Source of the DNA: an uncultured Pseudobdellovibrionaceae bacterium
GTDB taxonomy: Bacteria; Bdellovibrionota; Bdellovibrionia; Bdellovibrionales; Bdellovibrionaceae
Reading direction: 5' to 3'
Assembly (NCBI GenBank): GCA_964515195.1
Contig: CAZETK010000001.1
Span: 13,126-77,125, forward strand
DNA length: 64,000 nucleotides
Shown here piece by piece: positions 29,495 to 37,664 of this stretch; positions within the stretch are counted from its first letter, which is position 1; the number at the start of each line of letters is the position of its first letter. The position numbers were made by a program, and so were the translations under genes. Below the pieces are notes generated by a model, which was given only the letters and a program-made list of their open reading frames with translations, was not told the DNA's origin and did not search any database.

Positions 29495-29679
29495 ACGACT
29501 TTCGGTTACTAAACTGATCAAGTTCCTGCCTGGATGCTTCAAGCAGGAATCTCAACTGAGTTGTCAGCGGAGGTTCGCACTTTTCGAAGGCCAGTCGGCA
29601 AAGTTTTAAAGTTCATTTAACATCCGAAAATATTTTTTCCGTTAGAACTCAGTTGATAACGAGCTGAGTTGAAGTTTCC

Positions 29680-30951
29680 CTAAACAATAAGTTTTTTGGA
29701 GCGTAACCAACCTCCTGTTACTGTTTTGAAGGAGCCGCACATGTCTTCCATTGAATTTTTAAGTTGAGAAAAACCACTGTTAAACATAATGCCATATCGA
29801 TATTCACCCGAATGATCAGACCCGCAGTTGATTCTGACAATTCGACCAGTAACTTCGTGACGAGCTGAATTCAAATAGAATTTCATTTCTACCTTTTGAT
29901 CTACCTCATTGCATATTGGTTGAAGTGATGAAATCAGGCATCCACTTAGTGAAAGGTTTTTAATTTCACACTTCATTAAAGATAAGTTTATAGTAAGCAT
30001 TGATTCAATTTTTGTTGGCAATCGAAAGTGAACTCGTGGGCCCAAAGCCGCTTGCCCAAGGTCGTTTAAAGAATCAAAACACGGATTAGAGTCAGTCCAG
30101 TCATAGGAGGCCTTAATTCGCATCAAATCTTTGGGTCGCAAAGAATAAAATAATTCTGTTTTTGCCTCAAAAAAGTATTTTAAGGTGGAATCATCCATAG
30201 TTGGGTATAGAAGGACGCCCTTTGATTTAATAGGGAATTTAAAGTTTTCCACGTTATCTTTGAAGAAAAAATCAAAAAGATTGCTGTTTTCTTTTCGGTG
30301 TCCATACTTTCTAAGCATGTATTCCCTAAGAGTTTTAAGATTTAGCGACATATGAACGGCGGCTGCTCCCTTTACGGATTCGTAGGTTGTAACCCGTCCG
30401 TTCCTTTTAAAATTAAAAAGTGTAGAGTAGAAAGGTTGAGCATGGGGATGAACTGTGGCTATAAGATAATCAGCTCCCATGAAATCAACACTGAACTTGT
30501 GAAGGTAGTTCATCATAAAAAGATTAATAAATGACCCACCCTGTGTCTTGCGATAGGACTTATGAACAGCCATGGCAGAAACTTCCACGAGTCGTTTTCC
30601 CTTCGCGCGCAGATTATCATTTTCCTTTTTGTATTGAGCGTCACAAGGTAATCCGAACTCGGAATCCTGAATCAAACTTAGAGTGGCAATTACGTTATCC
30701 CCTTTTTTTGCAATAACCACATTTGTAAAAGGAACTGCGGAGTATAGGTTGCAGCGCATTCCACAATTTTCAGGGTCCATGATGCCAAGACCGACATAAC
30801 AATCATGAAGTAATTTAAAAGCCTGTTCAAACTCTGACACATTTGATGCAATTTTTATTTCGATTTCATGATCCAATTTACGATCAAATTTCAGATGTTT
30901 AGAAATAAGGTAAGATCGTACAGTCTTTGGTAGTAAGTATCTTAGATTCAT
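29680..30951 (-). CDS. FeeM-like N-acyl amino acid synthase (GNAT-fold acyltransferase) fused to a C-terminal PilZ domain
   Basis: N-terminal half FEQAFKLLHDCYVGLGIMDPENCGMRCNLYSAVPFTNVVIAKKGDNVIATLSLIQDSEFGLPCDAQY..LRAKGKRLVEVSAMAV matches the FeeM/NAS pattern. The C-terminus carries RVHFR (RxxxR) followed 21 aa later by NLSLSG (D/NxSxxG), the PilZ c-di-GMP-binding motifs. Confidence 0.65.
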   Translation of the reverse strand: MNLRYLLPKTVRSYLISKHLKFDRKLDHEIEIKIASNVSEFEQAFKLLHDCYVGLGIMDPENCGMRCNLYSAVPFTNVVIAKKGDNVIATLSLIQDSEFGLPCDAQYKKENDNLRAKGKRLVEVSAMAVHKSYRKTQGGSFINLFMMNYLHKFSVDFMGADYLIATVHPHAQPFYSTLFNFKRNGRVTTYESVKGAAAVHMSLNLKTLREYMLRKYGHRKENSNLFDFFFKDNVENFKFPIKSKGVLLYPTMDDSTLKYFFEAKTELFYSLRPKDLMRIKASYDWTDSNPCFDSLNDLGQAALGPRVHFRLPTKIESMLTINLSLMKCEIKNLSLSGCLISSLQPICNEVDQKVEMKFYLNSARHEVTGRIVRINCGSDHSGEYRYGIMFNSGFSQLKNSMEDMCGSFKTVTGGWLRSKKLIV

Positions 30952-31061
30952 AAATGTGTCCCCCGATAAATTAAATTATCCCAATTTGAGTGGGAAATTC
31001 TTATTCACAAAAAATGGGCGTATGCGCAGAAAACTTCTGTGAATTAAGTGAGTTATGAAGT

Positions 31062-31300
31062 TTGAATCATTTTGAGTCAGTAGGTAATGTCTGTCGGTTG
31101 GCGCCGCGGCTGCGATTTCGCTCTCTCATCGTGCGGCGGTTACATACGATTGTGCGAGCTGAGATTATTTTAAACACTAATCCTACAGTTAAAGAAAAAC
31201 TAATTTATGCAATCGGTTTAACCCGAATTAATGCCTTCTCAGGGGCCCGAAAACTGCTTGAGGCACTTGATGGTCAAAGCAAACTGTTGAGACCGGAGGA
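31062..31300 (+). pseudogene. remnant of a paralogue of the 6645-8165 TPR-like regulator (residues about 60-125 only)
   Basis: CRLAPRLRFRSLIVRRLHTIVRAEIILNTNPTVKEKLIYAIGLTRINAFSGARKLLEALDGQ aligns with CQIARRLQLPSLIIKWLHPIVRSEKIYDIKPTSEEKSLYALGLFRVGAYSEAEEILKAQDMQ. Homology ends where the PII gene begins. Confidence 0.65.
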
Positions 31301-31304
31301 AAGG

Positions 31305-31640
31305 TTATCCGGACTCATCCGGACTTACCTGCTTCAAGTGAATTGCTCCGATCACGTTCTGGATCGGCATGACAAATGCCGTTCCGGCGCCGGGTTTTTC
31401 CAGCTCACCGGCCGCGACGATCGCCTTAAGGACCACGTCCACAATTTCTGAGCGGACGATTGTAAGAAGAATCTCCTTCTCGGGCTCGATCAGAATGCCC
31501 AATATCTTTTGTTTTTCGTGAATTCCTGTCCCACGGCCTAATAGCAGAGTTCCACCATTAGCGCCTGCGGTGGTTGATGCCTCTAGTACGGCATTGCCCC
31601 AACCTTTGCGTACGATGCTTACGATGAGAGAAACATTCAT
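31305..31640 (-). CDS. P-II family signal-transduction protein
   Basis: 111 aa. IVSIVRKGWGNAVLEASTTAGANGGTLLLGRGTG...GAGTAFVMPI has the PII fold pattern. The start overlaps the upstream stop. Confidence 0.7.
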   Translation of the reverse strand: MNVSLIVSIVRKGWGNAVLEASTTAGANGGTLLLGRGTGIHEKQKILGILIEPEKEILLTIVRSEIVDVVLKAIVAAGELEKPGAGTAFVMPIQNVIGAIHLKQVSPDESG

Positions 31641-32332
31641 ACCTCATCCGCTCCTTTCGGTTGATTTCCAGTTCTATAAAAAAATCCCAATATAATGATC
31701 GAAATAATCGGTGCCAGGGCAATGAGAGCCATCAAGCCAAGACCGTGGATGAGTGGATCTTGACCTACCATCGCCGAGGAAATTCCAAGCCCCATCGCGA
31801 GAAGAAAAGTATTGGCCATCGGTCCCGTCGCAACCCCACTGGCATCGACCGCGATTGAAATGAACTGTTCGTCGCCAAACCACATAATCACGATGGCGAA
31901 TGCGTAACCAGGTATCAGAATGTAAAGCAGAGGAATATCAAAAGCGATCCGCATAGCGCCGAGGCCAACCACCATTCCGACTGAAACGCAGATGGTGAGA
32001 ATCACAGCCCTCTCGGAAATCGCACCGCTTGAGGCCTTCTCCACCTGATCGGCGAGAATCCGCACAGAAGGTTCTCCCCAGGTTGTTACGAATCCGAGCA
32101 AAAAGCCCAAAGGCGCGAGAGACCACTTCTGCGGAAGAGCACCGATCGTTTGTCCGATGACTTGGCCAAAGGGCAGCAGGCCAATCTGAACGCCCTGCAA
32201 GAAAAGCAGTAGACCGCAGGCCGCAAGCAAGGTGCCTTTCAGGATGCTAGCGACATAGGCGCGAGGCAGCCTGAGCCAGAAGACTTGAAAAATAAGAAAG
32301 AACAAGACCAAAGGCACAATTGCCTCAAGCAC
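31637..32332 (-). CDS. DUF1538 family integral membrane protein
   Basis: 231 aa, multi-TM. GFVTTWGEPSVRILADQV and AVDASGVATGPMANTFLLAMGLG match the DUF1538 signatures. Tandem paralogue of 32371-33066. Confidence 0.65.
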   Translation of the reverse strand: MLEAIVPLVLFFLIFQVFWLRLPRAYVASILKGTLLAACGLLLFLQGVQIGLLPFGQVIGQTIGALPQKWSLAPLGFLLGFVTTWGEPSVRILADQVEKASSGAISERAVILTICVSVGMVVGLGAMRIAFDIPLLYILIPGYAFAIVIMWFGDEQFISIAVDASGVATGPMANTFLLAMGLGISSAMVGQDPLIHGLGLMALIALAPIISIIILGFFYRTGNQPKGADEV

Positions 32333-32370
32333 GCTGTTCGCTGTGTCTCCTATTCCGAGGAAAAGTTTGC

Positions 32371-33066
32371 TCAGAAAAATAAAACCCCCATCAGCAAAAG
32401 GACGATGATGGGCCCGATCGAAGCGAATCCCAGTAATCCGAAACCGTCAGCGAGGGTAGAGCGGCGGGCCAGTACGGAACTGAGGCCTAGCGCCAAAGAG
32501 AGAACGACGGGGGCTGTGAGAGCGCCCGTCGTTACGCTCCCGGCATCGTAAGACAGAGCGACGAATTCATCAGGCGCGAAAAAAGAAAGTCCGATAACGA
32601 TCAGGTAGGCGGACGTAAGAAGGTAGACCATCGGAATGCCAAGAACCACTCTCAACATAGCTATGGAGACGGAGATTCCGACTCCTATAGCGACAAGGTA
32701 CAGCACTATGGAACCTGAGATCGCACCTTTCGAAATCTCGTTGACCTGCTTGGACAATACCAGCACATCCGGTTCGGCCACCGTAGTCACAAAGCCCACG
32801 GAAAATGCGGTCGCCACAATGAACCAAAGGGAGTTTCGGCGCGGAAGCTCTGCGCCGACAAACCTTCCCATGGGCAAGACTCCTATGTCGACACCCAGAA
32901 AAAACAGCACTAAGCCTCCAATTGTCATAAGGCATCCGACGAAGAACTGTAGAAAAAGCTCCATGGGCGCATGAATCAGAGTGAACTGAAGTAAGGTAAC
33001 TGTGACAATGAGAGGGGCTATCGATTTTACGACCTCTGCGAGCTTGGCTTTGATCAAATCCGTCAT
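32371..33066 (-). CDS. DUF1538 family integral membrane protein
   Basis: 231 aa. GFVTTVAEPDVLVLSKQV and SYDAGSVTTGALTAPVVLSLALGL. Confidence 0.65.
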   Translation of the reverse strand: MTDLIKAKLAEVVKSIAPLIVTVTLLQFTLIHAPMELFLQFFVGCLMTIGGLVLFFLGVDIGVLPMGRFVGAELPRRNSLWFIVATAFSVGFVTTVAEPDVLVLSKQVNEISKGAISGSIVLYLVAIGVGISVSIAMLRVVLGIPMVYLLTSAYLIVIGLSFFAPDEFVALSYDAGSVTTGALTAPVVLSLALGLSSVLARRSTLADGFGLLGFASIGPIIVLLLMGVLFF

Positions 33067-33133
33067 GCTATACCTGCTAGGGCCTTCATTTTGATTTCTT
33101 TCATCTGTTTAATCCAAATCAGATTCTCGCTGA

Positions 33134-33697
33134 GCAAATTTGTCTAGGGATCTACAAATTGTATTAATACATAAAGATAATGCATTTAACATATCAATTG
33201 GCAGCAGTCTTGAAGAAATACTTGAAACAGAGCAGCCCCGCATCATCAACGACTTGTAGGAGTACAGTGAGAAGCACCCACAGTCAAAACCAACAGCGCT
33301 CATTCTTAGAGATGATATCAGATCAAGTTTGACATGCCCCTTGCGCGCTAAAGGAAAGCAGATTGGCATTGTGTTCTTTTCAAGTACACAAACCGGAACT
33401 TACAAGAGCGAACATATTCAAACCTACTTGGAAATAGCGGATGAGATCTCCGCGCTTGTTGAGCATAGGCAACTTCGTAAAGCCGCTGATAGCAGCTTCT
33501 CCCAAGCTCAAAACTTACGAATGATCTTGCATGACCTTGAGGCGCCGCTGGCTGTGATTCAAGGATTTCTTGACCTCACGGAAGACGAGGACTGGTATCA
33601 AGGTTTAGATCCTAATGCCAAGGGCGTCTTTTCCACCCTTCACTGGCTGGTAACTCGGCTTGCTGTCTCGGCAATAAACAAACGATTCATTTTTTAA
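33134..33697 (+). pseudogene. remnant of a GAF plus HisKA sensor histidine kinase (N- and C-terminally truncated, with an in-frame TAG)
   Basis: One frame reads ..LEEILETEQPRIINDL*EYSEKHPQSKPTALILRDDIRSSLTCPLRAKGKQIGIVFFSS (GAF C-terminal half, TAG at 33257-33259), then ..LRMILHDLEAPLAVIQGFLDL (H-box). No HATPase domain follows. Confidence 0.6.
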
Positions 33698-33717
33698 TCC
33701 TTTCTTCAAATTAATTT

Positions 33718-34491
33718 CTATTTTGCGGGCGTGACGCCCGGAATGGATTTTGTTTCGCCCTTAAACTTTCCTTTGATCGCATCCACGCCCGTTTGTGGTT
33801 TCGCGAGTGAAACGAAGCTCTGGCGGCTTTTTCGCTTTTCGATCGTACTTATGTTCAACTTTTTTTCCATGTTTTCTACAAGTCCCGGAAGGGCCTCACC
33901 ATCATGATTGAATGACCATGCCAGCATAGGCTCACCAAGCGGCATTTTATCTCCCTTCATTCCATGGTAACCTGTATTCCATACGTGCCAGGTTTTTCCG
34001 TAGGAGTTCAGCTTACTTTTCATAAGTTCTTTTTCGGCAACATCCGGCAGGCCTGGTCCAACGAGCTGTCCTGAGAGAATTTCGTAGTTGTGGGGGTGCC
34101 AAAACTTCTTTTCCCCAGAAGGAAGTTCATTAAAAAGCTTTTCCGAGATGATGTATTCGATTCCGTTTAAGTTTGCATCGTTCGTGTTTCCATCAAAGAG
34201 CGCGCATTGAGCGAAGTCTTCATTCACCTGTTTGCAAAAGTGATGGGCTTCCATCTGATGCTCGGGGTGTTCCTTCATGGGGTGAAAGCCGACAAGGTGG
34301 ACGTTCATGCCTGTCAGTGGCTCTTTGCCTTGAAGCATTTTGGCTCCGGTGGCAAGGAGACTTGTCTTGTTGCTCTTTTCTTGACCTTTTGGCGAAACTC
34401 CAGGTTTTGCATCGTCAATGGCATAGGTCACAAACGAGATTCCCAAGGCTGAACATATGAGAAGCGGAAAAATACACTTTTTCATTGTCAA
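33718..34491 (-). CDS. DUF1264 (OBAP-like) domain protein, secreted
   Basis: Signal peptide. VHLVGFHPMKEHPEHQMEAHHFC...FWHPHNYEI..GKTWHVW is typical of DUF1264. Confidence 0.65.
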   Translation of the reverse strand: MTMKKCIFPLLICSALGISFVTYAIDDAKPGVSPKGQEKSNKTSLLATGAKMLQGKEPLTGMNVHLVGFHPMKEHPEHQMEAHHFCKQVNEDFAQCALFDGNTNDANLNGIEYIISEKLFNELPSGEKKFWHPHNYEILSGQLVGPGLPDVAEKELMKSKLNSYGKTWHVWNTGYHGMKGDKMPLGEPMLAWSFNHDGEALPGLVENMEKKLNISTIEKRKSRQSFVSLAKPQTGVDAIKGKFKGETKSIPGVTPAK

Positions 34492-34794
34492 ACTCCTTCA
34501 CAATCGACGCTCAGATAAAATCAGAATTCTAGAGATCGATTGCGACAAATACATAACCCCAAGGGGCCAAAACGCCTGCTGCCGACAATGCAAGTCGGGC
34601 AAATCTCCGTAATGAACCACGACCGCAAGCAGGCCTCTATCATGGTTATTTAAAACGGCAGCGTTTGCCACTCTCTCTAGCTAGCAAGTGCTGTTCCAAA
34701 AAAATTTAGAACTCATGAGATAACCACTCCTCATATTATGAGCGGCAAGGTGACGCTGGGCAAAGGTGGAGCAATTGAAGAATTGCCCAGCTAC

Positions 34795-34816
34795 AAAGAT
34801 ATCGCGCTTGCGCGAT
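34795..34816 (-). terminator. GC-rich palindrome ATCGCGCttGCGCGAT just downstream of the ATPase gene
   Basis: Perfect 7+2+7 inverted repeat at 34801-34816, 18 nt after the stop at 34834. A partially T-rich tract follows on the minus strand. Confidence 0.4.
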
Positions 34817-34833
34817 TCCCGGAGAAAGTTTCA

Positions 34834-35436
34834 TTATCGATTCCGGAGTTCACCTTTGTGATGAAGGGCCACCAGTCTGGCTAGCTCGTCTAATCCAGAG
34901 TTCACTTTTTTTATAAAAGAAGGATTGTGGGGAACAAAAATAAAATTCGGATGCTTCGACCACATCGCTTTGAGCTTATTATCGAGAAGTACGGCCTGTT
35001 CATTCGACTCGATTCGCACGGGGTTACCGCCTTCAATGGCGATACCACCAACGGCCGCAGTTTCAAAAAATATAACGGCATCATATCGGGCTAATTCACG
35101 CTCTAACGTCGTGTTGAGATGCGCGAAAAACCCCTCTGGCTGTCCTGGCCAATAGGCCGCTCCATCGATTGTGCCGCGGTCACAAAGTAGAATTCGGCTT
35201 TCGTAGTGCGCGGCCTGAGCATCTTCGAGATTCATTTGCACGTGGTAGATCGCTCGTTGAGTGGCTTGGCGCACTCCGATCTCTCCAGCGCGGGGAAAGC
35301 CTCCTAAATACAGAAGGGTAGCGGCCTCAGGAACGACTACAACATCATCGCCGATCTCGCGGCGATAGAGATCTGCAGCGGTTGTCTTGCCTCCACCGGG
35401 ACCTCCAGTAAGAACAATTCGACAGCACTTTTCCAT
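34834..35436 (-). CDS. AAA/P-loop ATPase (AAA_28 / NadR-kinase-like)
   Basis: Walker A VLTGGPGGGKTT. 200 aa. Confidence 0.6.
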   Translation of the reverse strand: MEKCCRIVLTGGPGGGKTTAADLYRREIGDDVVVVPEAATLLYLGGFPRAGEIGVRQATQRAIYHVQMNLEDAQAAHYESRILLCDRGTIDGAAYWPGQPEGFFAHLNTTLERELARYDAVIFFETAAVGGIAIEGGNPVRIESNEQAVLLDNKLKAMWSKHPNFIFVPHNPSFIKKVNSGLDELARLVALHHKGELRNR

Positions 35437-35582
35437 GAGTGGCTCCTTTAATTTTTTAACGCAAGGATGGGATCGACCTTTTTTATCATTACACCAGAAG
35501 AAGGGGCACGGCGCAATGGGCCGCAGGGGCTCCCCTGACGAGTTTATCTACTCATCTACACGCACCTTTCTTAGATAGTAAT

Positions 35583-35990
35583 TCAACGACGTACTGAATA
35601 GACAACTTCGACACAGGTTTTTCCTCGTTGCCGAATCTCTTGAATATTAAACGCATCTTCAGTTCGATGAGAAAATAGCTTCTTCCCCTCGTTTAGAAAA
35701 ACCGCAATCGTTTGGATGTGCATTTCATCAACCAAATATTTTTCTCGCCGGCAAGCTTTCTGAATTCCTCGTGTTGTGATCGGACATCATCCTTTGTAAA
35801 ACGGACGTCGCCCCCTCCATCGTCCGCAAATTGCGATGAGTAAAGACAATGCAAGGAATTTTGTAAGGTCACGGACCTTTCGTATTATCAAGCAGCCGTT
35901 GGTATGTAGTAGAACCCATAACGATGACCCCGACAGGACTTTTCCCTCAAAAGCATCTTCGGGAAGATCGTAGCAGCGCCAAAATATGCC
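35583..35990 (-). pseudogene. decayed dihydrofolate-reductase-family (RibD C-terminal domain) gene
   Basis: Minus-strand pieces lie in three frames. GVIVMGSTTYQRLLDNTKGP*PYKIPCIVFTHR has TGA at 35871-35869 where the conserved WPY Trp is expected. The others are DVRFTKDDV..EFRKLAGEKNIWL and VDEMHIQTIAVFLNEGKKLFS......CVEVVYSVRR*. Confidence 0.5.
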
Positions 35991-36003
35991 GGATGAGGCA
36001 TCT

Positions 36004-36477
36004 TTAAAAATAAGGCGGCGGACTTAGTTTGCTAAAATTAATTTCCGAATCCGTAAGACAAACCATGCATGTAGTTGTCTTATATTTTTGCAATGGGGGC
36101 GGTAAAATTTTAAACCCGAATCTCTGATAAAACTCAGGATTGATATCTGAATAAAGATAGGTAACTTTTGAACTTCTGTTCTTTTGAAGGTCATTAAGAA
36201 CACTCTTGATCAGTGCAGAGGCGTAACCTTTTTTTCTTTGATCTACAGGGGTGGCGATCGACCCAATTCCATATACATTGTCAGCAAAAGAGTGAACTAA
36301 TAAAGACGAAAGCAGGGCCCGATTCCTCTCTAAAACGAACCATTCACCCTGACGATATTTTGGAGAAGTGCGACACTCTTCTAAATAATTCTCAAGGGAT
36401 GAGCCATCAGCCCATACGTCGAAACCCATCTTATAAATTTCATCGAACTCTTCTGCGTGAGGCTTGCGAATTAACAT
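36004..36477 (-). CDS. GNAT family N-acetyltransferase
   Basis: 157 aa. VDQRKKGYASALIKSV (Q/RxxGxG/A-type acetyl-CoA site) and YQRFGF. Confidence 0.7.
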   Translation of the reverse strand: MLIRKPHAEEFDEIYKMGFDVWADGSSLENYLEECRTSPKYRQGEWFVLERNRALLSSLLVHSFADNVYGIGSIATPVDQRKKGYASALIKSVLNDLQKNRSSKVTYLYSDINPEFYQRFGFKILPPPLQKYKTTTCMVCLTDSEINFSKLSPPPYF

Positions 36478-36514
36478 TTTCTCTCCCGCTATTTTTGAGC
36501 TGAAAAATCAGAAT

Positions 36515-37261
36515 TTATCTAAGCACCATTCGCAATATCGACGGATTATTATTATGATCGTCTACTTGTTGTTCGATAACTTCAAAGCCAGCCTCTATAA
36601 CTTCGCTTAGGACTTTATCCACAGGGTAAAGTCTTCGTTGAGCGCACCAGTGCTGCCCGTCGATTTCAATGATTCCTCGATCACTCGATGGTTTTGTTTT
36701 ATGCCACAAGATATACTCATTGTCGAATCGAAGAGTGTCGAGCATCATTGTAGGATCGATCTGAGTATTTGGCATAACCATAGTATCTAAAATAAAAATT
36801 CCGTTGGCAGAGAGAGCACTTCTGATCTTACTGAATACTTTATTTCGATCTTCTTCAAAAACAATGCAGTGAAGAAGATGGCTATCATAAATGAAATCAA
36901 AATTTTGACTGATGAACTTCAAGTCTAAAGCATCGCCAACAACAAATTGAATTTCTAAATTTTGCTGACACGCCAGGCTTCTTCCGATTTCAAGAGCCGT
37001 TTCGGAAATATCAACTCCCATTGTGCTGAATCCATATCTCGCAAGAATAAATGCCGTTGTCCCTGTTCCGCAGCCAAGATCGAGAGCTGATTTACCTCTT
37101 GCAATAGAGAAGTATTTTTCAATTTTCCCTATCAGGTATTCGTTTGTTTCTACATCACCAAGCTCAGCTAAACTTTTAGCATTACCCCAGCCGATAAATC
37201 CTTTTGATTTAATCTGCTGATAAACTAATTCGTGTACATGGTAATAAGATTGCATTGGCAA
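36515..37261 (-). CDS. class I SAM-dependent methyltransferase
   Basis: Motif I ALDLGCGTGTTA, then GVDISETAL and DFIYDSHLLHC. Confidence 0.75.
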   Translation of the reverse strand: MPMQSYYHVHELVYQQIKSKGFIGWGNAKSLAELGDVETNEYLIGKIEKYFSIARGKSALDLGCGTGTTAFILARYGFSTMGVDISETALEIGRSLACQQNLEIQFVVGDALDLKFISQNFDFIYDSHLLHCIVFEEDRNKVFSKIRSALSANGIFILDTMVMPNTQIDPTMMLDTLRFDNEYILWHKTKPSSDRGIIEIDGQHWCAQRRLYPVDKVLSEVIEAGFEVIEQQVDDHNNNPSILRMVLR

Positions 37262-37311
37262 ATCCTTCGGTCATGAGCTTCAACTGCCGAATTTAAGTCT
37301 CCGTCAACGCT

Positions 37312-37519
37312 TCACCGTGACCGTCCATCGAATTTTGTAACTTCAAGACTGTCCGGATCGACTCCGTCGAGACAGCGAACATTGATGACCCTCATTTCCT
37401 TTCCATCTGGAGCAATTCCCTTAGAAAAAGAAGCCACACCACAGGTGGAGCAAAATAAGTGATAGATTATCAACTTCACACCTAACTTTGCCACAATGAC
37501 AGCCACCACTATATTTCAC
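37312..37519 (-). pseudogene. GFA (glutathione-dependent formaldehyde-activating / CENP-V) family gene with internal deletion and frameshift
   Basis: GTG 37519 (SD AAGGAGAG) encodes MKYSGGCHCGKVRCEVDNL, the GFA N-terminus. It then changes frame directly into the C-terminal HLFCSTCGVASF..VINVRCLDGVDPDSL..FDGR (track ORF 37312-37509). About 50 central residues are missing. Confidence 0.6.
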
Positions 37520-37664
37520 TTAGCTCTCTCCTTATATCTTGGTGGTATCCAGATTATACTCTTTTATGCGAAAGTCGAGTCCGAAGTTTCGTCAGCATAG
37601 GCTTAATGTTCCTCTGTAACAATGCTTACCAATCCTTCATAGCTTGTATTCGTGCTTCAGGGCC

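Noticed and set aside
33109-33369. 86-aa minus-strand ORF
   Set aside because: It is antisense to the GAF-kinase remnant and has no SD or motif.
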